A DNA stretch of 39,966 nucleotides from positions 1 through 39,966 of the forward strand of contig DAHXNJ010000049.1 of the NCBI GenBank assembly GCA_027365445.1, in the 5' to 3' direction. The notes beneath the pieces are model-generated. The model was given only the letters and a program-made list of their open reading frames with translations. It had not been told where the DNA came from and did not search any database. Position 1 is the stretch's first letter; each line of letters begins with the position of its first letter. Source of the stretch: Candidatus Saccharimonadota bacterium (GTDB lineage: Bacteria > Patescibacteriota > Saccharimonadia > Saccharimonadales > UBA4665). This document shows positions 9,056 to 16,180 of this stretch, piece after piece. The translations under genes were made by a program, and so were the position numbers.

Positions 9056-11185
9056 ATGTCTAACCAATTCTTTTTACTAAAACGTCGGATCAAACAAATT
9101 GTCTATCTAATGATGTCACTAGTTTTACTAGGCGGCTTGCCTTTTCCAGCTTACGCACTTGCTGCTACGACCAGCACAGCTATATCGAACAATAGTAGTT
9201 GTCCGCTAGCAACCGGTACAACTAAGCCTACCGGAGCATCAGCAGTAACTTATATTTATAATCCAAAAACATGTTTATGGTCTAATGCTTATTATACTTG
9301 GAATCCAGTAAACGGAGTATATACACCACTAACTCCACTTACTTATACATATAATCAATCAACTGGACTATGGGATTCAACTCAGTGGGTGTATGATCCT
9401 GTAACCAATAAATACGAACAGCAGCCCTTTAGTGTTAGTCAGGTCCCGACCGGAGCTAAAACAATTGGTGGTCCTGCATTAACCTCTTCTTCTAGTAATA
9501 CGTTAAATAATCAAAATTCTGCTTCAAATCAGAATAATTCATCATCGTCATCTAGTTCTAGCGCGAGCAATGGTTCTAATAATGTTACTACGGCCAATAC
9601 TAATAATATAAATCTTAACAATAACAATAATGCTAATGTTAATAATACCCAAAATCAAACAACTAACAGTGGTAATAGTTCAGTATTCGGGAATACCTCT
9701 GCCGGGAATGCTACGAGTGGTAATGCAACATCATTGGCTACGGTCGTAAACAGTATTGCGTCAAACTCACCTTTAGCTAATGCTACCCAATTTACGGCTA
9801 ATATTGACGGTAACGTAAACGGTAATTTAACATTTAATCCGACTCAATTATTTCAACCTGCCAATAGTTCGATCTTAAATTCTAATCAGAATAACGTTAC
9901 TATTAATCAGGCTAATAATAGTTCTATAACTAATAATATTAATCTTGCTACTAATACCGGTAATGCAACAGTCGCAGATAATAATAATGCAGGCAGCGCA
10001 ACCAGCGGCAATGCTAATTCAGTAGCCAATGTAGTTAATATGATTAATTCTATGATAAGTTCTAGAAAATCATTTATTGGAGTAATAAACATCCTAGGTG
10101 ATTTGAATGGGAATATCTTGGTGCCTCAACAATTCTTAAGTGGTTTAATTGCCTCCAACGCGCCTCGATCAACCTACGCCGTAAATAACAATACACTAAA
10201 CAAAGATAGCTTTACGTCTAATCAAAATCAGACTATAAATAATAATATTAGTACCTCTGCGGCATCCGGTAGCGCTATTGTTAATAAGAATACGACGGCT
10301 GGTAATGCAACCAGTGGTAACGCCTCAACTAACGTTACTATATTTAACTTAGCTGGAGATAATGTATCTACTTCTAACTCTATGCTTGTGTTCGTTAATG
10401 TACTAGGAACATGGGTGGGTATGATTCTAAACGCTCCAGCCGGTACTACGTCGGCATTGCTTGGAGGAGGAACTCAATCAACGGGCAGTATAAATAATAA
10501 TCAAGTGAATAATGTTAAAGTTGCTAATACTTCTAATCAGACAATAAATAATAATATTGGTCTTAAATCAAAAAGCGGCAACGCCTTGGTAAGTGAAAAT
10601 ACTAATGCTGGAAATGCCACGAGCGGCAACGCTACGGCATCAGCTAATATCGCTAATCTTGAAAACGATAACTTGAATATGTCTAATTGGTTTGGAATAT
10701 TGTTTATTAACGTATTTGGAAAGTGGATAGGAAGCTTAGGATTATATAATCCGTTAGCCTTAAGTACTAACCAAAGTAGTAATACTACAACTGGTGCAAA
10801 CACAAAGATAGCTACAAATGTACATAATCTCCCTGCTTTTAGTGTCACGAATGCCAATGATAGTATTGCTTTTAGTAAAATTAAGCTTCCAATACTTAGT
10901 GGCAGTAGTTCTTTGTCTGGTGGAATCGGTAGTAATGTGACTAACAGTAGTAATAACTCAGTTAATAATACTAAAAAACCTAATTCAAGTAAGGCACCGA
11001 AGTATAGTTTAACTAGTATTAAGAAGCCTATTAATAAGACTGGTAACAACTATAAGTTAAAAGCTTTACCTAAGAATTCGTCAACAACTGAGATATTCGC
11101 TATTGGAGCTGTAGGTATTGGAATGGCTTTATTTGGAGTTGACTATATTATCCGTCATAAAGCACTTTCTACGACAAATAGATAG
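9056..11185 (+). CDS. Large secreted surface protein (709 aa): W/Y-rich N-terminal repeats, four ~100-aa 'AGNATSGNA' modules, C-terminal hydrophobic anchor
   Basis: SD GAGGAG and a signal peptide ending AYA-LA. The motif A-G-(N/S)-A-T-S-G-N-A lies at nt 9701-9730, 9989-10018, 10298-10324 and 10607-10633 (period 288-309 nt). Three of the four modules are followed by a hydrophobic (V/I)(I/F)(I/V)N(V/I)(L/F)G element (GVINILGDLNGNI, VFVNVLGTWVGMI, LFINVFGKWIGSL); module 1 lacks it. The C-terminus is ALPKNSS followed by a TM and RHK. Confidence 0.8.
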   Translation: MSNQFFLLKRRIKQIVYLMMSLVLLGGLPFPAYALAATTSTAISNNSSCPLATGTTKPTGASAVTYIYNPKTCLWSNAYYTWNPVNGVYTPLTPLTYTYNQSTGLWDSTQWVYDPVTNKYEQQPFSVSQVPTGAKTIGGPALTSSSSNTLNNQNSASNQNNSSSSSSSSASNGSNNVTTANTNNINLNNNNNANVNNTQNQTTNSGNSSVFGNTSAGNATSGNATSLATVVNSIASNSPLANATQFTANIDGNVNGNLTFNPTQLFQPANSSILNSNQNNVTINQANNSSITNNINLATNTGNATVADNNNAGSATSGNANSVANVVNMINSMISSRKSFIGVINILGDLNGNILVPQQFLSGLIASNAPRSTYAVNNNTLNKDSFTSNQNQTINNNISTSAASGSAIVNKNTTAGNATSGNASTNVTIFNLAGDNVSTSNSMLVFVNVLGTWVGMILNAPAGTTSALLGGGTQSTGSINNNQVNNVKVANTSNQTINNNIGLKSKSGNALVSENTNAGNATSGNATASANIANLENDNLNMSNWFGILFINVFGKWIGSLGLYNPLALSTNQSSNTTTGANTKIATNVHNLPAFSVTNANDSIAFSKIKLPILSGSSSLSGGIGSNVTNSSNNSVNNTKKPNSSKAPKYSLTSIKKPINKTGNNYKLKALPKNSSTTEIFAIGAVGIGMALFGVDYIIRHKALSTTNR

Positions 11186-11244
11186 AGTTATAGCTTAAAA
11201 AAATAATTGTTTATTTTTTAGCGCTTTAGGATACAATTAACATT

Positions 11245-11691
11245 ATGGATAACTTCGGTAAATCACAAAAAATAGTTATAGTTGAAGATAATGTTAGCTT
11301 AGCAGATATATATAAAACAAGATTAGAGTTATTGGGCTATAGTTGTTTTGTAGCCTATGATGGTGTGGCTGCGTTGAATATTATAGAACATGAATTGCCC
11401 AATTTGGTATTACTGGATCTAATGGTTCCTAAAATTGCTGGTGACCAAATATTAGAGACGATGAGAAAAAGTGTCTGGGGTAGGGATATACCGGTATTTA
11501 TCATATCTAACCTCAATGAGGCTGATGCGCCTACGGGTTTAAGGGAGATGGGTATTGAAGGTTATGCTGTTAAGGCCAATCTTTCTAACAATCAATTAGA
11601 TGAACTAGTCGATAATATTCTAAAACCAGCGGACCAGCAAGAGGACGTATTATTAGAAACTAATGAAAATGACCAAACTACAATTGCTTAA
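11245..11691 (+). CDS. Single-domain response regulator (CheY-like receiver only)
   Basis: VEDN acidic pocket, LLDLMVP phospho-acceptor Asp, IISNL (Ser/Thr position) and AVKA (Lys). No output domain and no kinase gene in the window. Confidence 0.85.
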   Translation: MDNFGKSQKIVIVEDNVSLADIYKTRLELLGYSCFVAYDGVAALNIIEHELPNLVLLDLMVPKIAGDQILETMRKSVWGRDIPVFIISNLNEADAPTGLREMGIEGYAVKANLSNNQLDELVDNILKPADQQEDVLLETNENDQTTIA

Positions 11692-13886
11692 GTAGCTTTT
11701 AGGATTAATAAAGATTTTCCTTCATAAGCTGACAAAGAAATAGAAAAGGTATTTAGGTCATCGACGTTACCAATAACTTGATCTTCAAACATGTCATAAA
11801 TTTCTGCACCAGCAATGAGGTATTCTGAGTTAACGCTTCCAGATATCTCATCGCCCGAAAAGTTAAGGACACTTAATTGGATCATATCGTTTTCTGGTAA
11901 AACATGGACCATGACTAGCATTGATTTATGAGAAACGTTAGGAATATCTACTTGACGAGCAATATCTATCGAATATTTTTTCCTAATAGCTATTATTTTT
12001 CTTAAATTTACCGCAAAAGATCCTTCATCTTTTAGCTGCTCATTTAATGATCCGTATAAAGCTGATGCTATAGGCATACCAGCAGTACTGGATTTTGCAT
12101 TATGATTGATGCCCATTAGGTCATAGCCGCCTCTATTGATCCATCTAGTATCACCGTCTTTTATAAGTTCTTTGATTTTCTCTTTGTCAATAGTTAGGGC
12201 TCCTACTAAGTCCCAACCGGAAAGAGCAAAAACACCTGGTTGTAAAGCATTAAACATGGCCATAAGTAGGTGTACATGCTTAATTTTTTCTAAATTGTTG
12301 CTATTTATGTTAGATAAATCTGTTATACCCAAGACGGCACATATAAGAGAAGCCGAGGTGCAGGCTATTCCATTTGTGGTAAATAATAGGTTATAGGGAG
12401 CAGCCTCGCCACATAAGCAATTAGCTATTTCTTGTCGAATGATCTTTCTAAGCTCAAGTCCACTGATTTGCGTATCACGAAAATCAAATAGATCATCTTT
12501 ATGTAGTGTCCAGAGGTGAACCAATTCATATGTTAAGTCGTCATGGTTTTGTAGGGCGTGAACTAAAGATGCTGGATCGACGCCTAGTTCAAGTCCAATC
12601 CGCATCATTAATCTTAAAAATTCGGTGTCGGATTTTATCAGTGCATGATGATAGGCTGGCCTAGTAATGAAGTCATAAGATAAATCGGCCCCAGCATGAG
12701 ACATGTTGACTATATCATCAATTGCTAAGTTAAGTTCCTGGAAAGTAAAACCACCAACTTTCCTGACCATGCCGGAAATTAGTAAGTTAGCCGCTTCACT
12801 TAATGGGTGTCCTTCAGACCATGCCGGCTGGTCTTCACTGGATTTTTCTACTCCTAGGAAGCCATTTGCATCAAGTCTCAGAGCACTTGAACCTAGATCG
12901 CCAAGTGAGTGCAGGGCATCACCGACAACAAGTTTCATGCCGGCAAAGCTTGGATCAAGCCAGTTTATTGATGGTTGACCATCCTTAAAGTAGTGAAGGT
13001 AGACCCACCGTCTAGCAATTCCATCCACACCTTTAATTTCTTTAGTTACGCTCCAGTTAGTTTCTTTAACGCCAGGTTCAAAGAAGATTACGCGTTGTAG
13101 CTTGCCGATTATATAACCGAGATGTTTTAATTCTTCTTCAGTCTCTATCGATAAATTAATTGAGTCTTTGCTTTTTGGAACTGCTGGTAATACTTTCCAG
13201 TGCTCAGGCAATATTTCTACCATATGATAAATTCCGGGATAATCCTTATAGCCCATTTCAGCCAATATAAAATCAAAGCCCTTACCTGTGTGGCCAGGAA
13301 TAATATCGTCAATTATTATGCCACCGTTTGCTTTCGCGGTATTGCTCATATTAATGTATTCGCTTTCGCTACCAAATATAGGATCGATTCGGTTACTTAT
13401 CCTATCAAAGTGGCCATCAATGCTTGGTGTTTGTTTCCAGCCACTTATACCGCCAGCTAATTTTAGTGGCCCAGTATGTAGAGCATCAATGCCAATAGTA
13501 TGAAAAGCAGCCCATAGCTCATCACTGCCTAATGTTTTTAATATTGATTCATTGTCTTTAGTTACTAATGACAGACCATAAGACGTATACCAAACTGAGG
13601 CCATTTTAACAGCCATTCTTGGTCTAGGCTTGGCAAATGGACGTTGCCACATGCTTCCTTTAGCTGAATATTTTGTAGCTATCTTATTGGCTTGATAGAG
13701 CATTGATTCTCGTTTTAACCATCCTACATATGATTTATTTTTAGCCGAAGCAGGACCAAGTCGGCGGATGTTAATTGGAGCAATAACAAAACCTCGTGCT
13801 TTAAGCCATAATTTTTTAGGACGCGCAGGGAAAAACTGCTCGGAAAAACTAAGCTTACCTGAACTATGAAAAAGTCTGCGTGCCAT
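11688..13886 (-). CDS. GH13 alpha-amylase-superfamily enzyme, trehalose synthase/transglucosidase-like (732 aa); exact activity not assignable
   Basis: GH13 regions: DDIIPGHTG (I), [11 protein letters not shown] (II, nucleophile Asp), FTFQELN (III, Glu), [11 protein letters not shown] (IV; NHDELT-like as in TreS). Confidence 0.75.
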   Translation of the reverse strand: MARRLFHSSGKLSFSEQFFPARPKKLWLKARGFVIAPINIRRLGPASAKNKSYVGWLKRESMLYQANKIATKYSAKGSMWQRPFAKPRPRMAVKMASVWYTSYGLSLVTKDNESILKTLGSDELWAAFHTIGIDALHTGPLKLAGGISGWKQTPSIDGHFDRISNRIDPIFGSESEYINMSNTAKANGGIIIDDIIPGHTGKGFDFILAEMGYKDYPGIYHMVEILPEHWKVLPAVPKSKDSINLSIETEEELKHLGYIIGKLQRVIFFEPGVKETNWSVTKEIKGVDGIARRWVYLHYFKDGQPSINWLDPSFAGMKLVVGDALHSLGDLGSSALRLDANGFLGVEKSSEDQPAWSEGHPLSEAANLLISGMVRKVGGFTFQELNLAIDDIVNMSHAGADLSYDFITRPAYHHALIKSDTEFLRLMMRIGLELGVDPASLVHALQNHDDLTYELVHLWTLHKDDLFDFRDTQISGLELRKIIRQEIANCLCGEAAPYNLLFTTNGIACTSASLICAVLGITDLSNINSNNLEKIKHVHLLMAMFNALQPGVFALSGWDLVGALTIDKEKIKELIKDGDTRWINRGGYDLMGINHNAKSSTAGMPIASALYGSLNEQLKDEGSFAVNLRKIIAIRKKYSIDIARQVDIPNVSHKSMLVMVHVLPENDMIQLSVLNFSGDEISGSVNSEYLIAGAEIYDMFEDQVIGNVDDLNTFSISLSAYEGKSLLILKAT

Positions 13887-14110
13887 ATGATTAATGTAAC
13901 CGTATTTTTCTTATTAATAAACTATAAAAATCGCTTGAAAAAATAATTTTTTTAGTTAACTGCTATAGTTTCCAATATTAGTTATATATAATTAAAACTC
14001 TTTTTCTTTATAATAGCCTGAGTAAGAGGCGTAAGCTAATTGATTTTAGCATTGGTATAAAGTCAGATAATGTCCTATGCTAAGTATAATTAAATAAAGA
14101 AAGTTAGTAC

Positions 14111-14665
14111 TTGGAAGAATTATTTATACCAATAATAATAGGAACAACTAGAAAACAGCGTAAAAGTCATTATGCTGCACAGTTACTTAATGAGGTCGCT
14201 GGCGAGTACAGTTTTATAAAAACACAAATAATTGATCCGAACGACTTTATTTTCTTAGGTGACGGAAACGATCAAGAAGGCAAAGATTCAAGATATTCAG
14301 ACATAACAAAAAAAGCTGATGGATTTTTTATTGTTGTACCGGAGTATAACCATAGTTTCCCAGGTAGTTTAAAGAGGATGCTAGATAGTGAATTAGAAAA
14401 TTACAATCATAAAGCAGTGGCTTTTGCTGGTACATCATCGGGCAGCTGGGGAGGGGTTAGAGCAATAGAGTCATTGGTTAGTGCGGTAAGAGAAATGGGC
14501 CTTGTTGCTACTTATACTGATATGCACTTTCCTCGTATCCAGTCTTTATTTGACGATAATGGAACTTTAATTGATCAAAAGTATCGAGAAAATGCTAAAA
14601 AAGCATGGAATGAGTTAATTTGGATGACTAGAGTATTAAAGGTGGGTAGAGAGAAAAGTGAATAA
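14111..14665 (+). CDS. NAD(P)H-dependent FMN reductase family protein
   Basis: TTG start. IIIGTTRKQRKS near the N-terminus and VVPEYNHSFPGSLKRMLD are typical of the FMN_red family. Confidence 0.8.
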   Translation: MEELFIPIIIGTTRKQRKSHYAAQLLNEVAGEYSFIKTQIIDPNDFIFLGDGNDQEGKDSRYSDITKKADGFFIVVPEYNHSFPGSLKRMLDSELENYNHKAVAFAGTSSGSWGGVRAIESLVSAVREMGLVATYTDMHFPRIQSLFDDNGTLIDQKYRENAKKAWNELIWMTRVLKVGREKSE

Positions 14666-14675
14666 CTCGGTATCT

Positions 14676-16109
14676 TTATTGGCAGACTAATTTATCTAAT
14701 TCAATTCTTTTATTCTCACCATCGATTTGTAGGGTTAGATAATCCCAATTACAACCAATGAGTTGTTTAGCATTATGTTTACTTAGTTGAACTCTTTGCG
14801 CTGCTCTTGTTTTTTCAGGGGGTGTTATGGTAGCTTGTTTTATTTGTTTGGGTGAGTGTAGTGCAGTTTTATTGCCCATCTTATAACCATATCCATGGGT
14901 AATGGTAATATCTCCTTTAGCAGTAGCATCAAATCTAATTTGATCATAAAGCATATCTATTAATTTAGTTCTTGCATCTCCTAGTTTGAGAGTAGGATTA
15001 TCTTCCATCTTTTTTTGTAGGGCATATAATTTAACTGCCCAGTCGACTCGCCCCATAAGGTCTTCTAGCTTTTTATTGCCATTCATTACAGCTTCTACGT
15101 CATCGCAATATTTTAAGATTGATTGTCCAATCTGCTTGTAAGTATCTGGTATTGCTTGATTCATATAATCTTCTAATTCTTCTAATATGGTTGAAATATA
15201 AAATCGTTGTAAGTCAATATTTCCTTGCAGGGCTGATGAATAGTGAAAATTATTGTCTTTATCTATTGGAATCATATTCCACGAGTTATCATACTGTAGC
15301 CATTCGAAAATACGATAAGGAGCTTTGGCTAATTTATTAGCTAGGGGTGTTTGACTAGCTGCTAATATTAATGCAGCGCCTCCAAGTCTAGAGATTACCG
15401 ACCAGTCTTGTAGATTAATGTCATTACAGCGTATCTCAAACCTATTTCCATGACTGTGATCTATCCTTAATAGTGAATTTACATAATCGTATACATCATA
15501 GGAGTGTGGTTGACTGAGTTTTTGAGAAAACAGTGCCCCACTTTCATCAACCATCATTGAACCGTTAATAAAATTACGTGAATAAAGATAGTTTATCCAA
15601 AGTAACCCGAGGCCTTTTGTTCTATTGGAAAGTTTGTTTTTAAGTTCTGTTGAATTCTGGAAGGATAAGTTATCATGATGTCCTATAGTAGAGCCGGACT
15701 GGTCTATTACTCTTCTTTGGACTATAACCGTGATGTCTTCATGTTTTAACCTACTAATATCATATAGGTAATTACTTATTGCTCGTTCATAAAGCAAAGC
15801 ATTGGCCTTTATGTATTTGACGTCATCTTCTGGACTATCTGTCTCTGGTGTGGCTAGTTCGATCCCGCCTTGATCTACATAAGACCGACTACCATTCTCT
15901 AAGAAAAGATCGTAACTGCTACTGCTTTCTTCTTCTATTAATGGTCTACAAATTTTACTTAGATATTTGTTTATCTTAATTGCCTCTAATCTTGAGTTGT
16001 TGGATTTTGTAGAAATCGTTGGTCTAAGACTATTATTCTTATAACTAAAGAATCTAGTTTCTTCTTCTGTCCCCATGATTTGAGGAAAGTATTTATTATG
16101 CATCTCCAT
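14676..16109 (-). CDS. Pup-ligase/deamidase family protein (PafA/Dop homologue), diverged
   Basis: IMGTEEETRF (cf. IMGIETEFG), FLENGSRSYVDQGGIELATPE (cf. [22 protein letters not shown]), GSTIGHHDNLS (cf. GNSYGCHENYL), RFEIRCNDIN..RLGGAALIL (cf. RLHVIVGDSN..KVGTAALVL). Confidence 0.8.
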   Translation of the reverse strand: MEMHNKYFPQIMGTEEETRFFSYKNNSLRPTISTKSNNSRLEAIKINKYLSKICRPLIEEESSSSYDLFLENGSRSYVDQGGIELATPETDSPEDDVKYIKANALLYERAISNYLYDISRLKHEDITVIVQRRVIDQSGSTIGHHDNLSFQNSTELKNKLSNRTKGLGLLWINYLYSRNFINGSMMVDESGALFSQKLSQPHSYDVYDYVNSLLRIDHSHGNRFEIRCNDINLQDWSVISRLGGAALILAASQTPLANKLAKAPYRIFEWLQYDNSWNMIPIDKDNNFHYSSALQGNIDLQRFYISTILEELEDYMNQAIPDTYKQIGQSILKYCDDVEAVMNGNKKLEDLMGRVDWAVKLYALQKKMEDNPTLKLGDARTKLIDMLYDQIRFDATAKGDITITHGYGYKMGNKTALHSPKQIKQATITPPEKTRAAQRVQLSKHNAKQLIGCNWDYLTLQIDGENKRIELDKLVCQ

Positions 16110-16171
16110 CTTGTTTCATAGTATACAGACATTTTTTTGCCAATAAAAAAAATATATCTAGATATTGTAGT

Positions 16172-16179
16172 GGTATAAT
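16172..16179 (+). promoter_or_regulatory. Candidate extended -10 element (TGgTATAAT) for the cytochrome b gene
   Basis: tggtataat ends 1 nt before ATG 16181 and 7 nt before the in-frame ATG 16187. No SD is present, so a leaderless mRNA starting at about 16186-16187 is plausible. Confidence 0.35.
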
Positions 16180-16180
16180 C

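Noticed and set aside
9690-10640. Regularly spaced ~27-30-nt repeats (period about 290-310 nt), considered as a possible CRISPR-like or other non-coding array
   Set aside because: The repeats are in frame within a long ORF, encode the AGNATSGNA motif, and differ at synonymous positions. The spacing is far larger than CRISPR spacers. They are protein repeats, not an array.
10537-11049. 170-aa minus-strand ORF (Leu-rich) inside the 9056 gene; the 9907-10092 minus ORF is similar
   Set aside because: It is an antisense shadow of a low-complexity Asn/Ser-coding region (AAT/AGT read as ATT/ACT and so on). It has no SD and no motifs, and the sense-strand gene has a signal peptide, an SD and repeat structure.
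12136-13503. Five plus-strand ORFs (12136-12396, 12703-12978, 12803-12988, 13200-13460, 13288-13503) inside the TreS-like gene
   Set aside because: They overlap each other and lie entirely within a 732-aa minus-strand ORF carrying all four GH13 catalytic regions. They are shadow ORFs.
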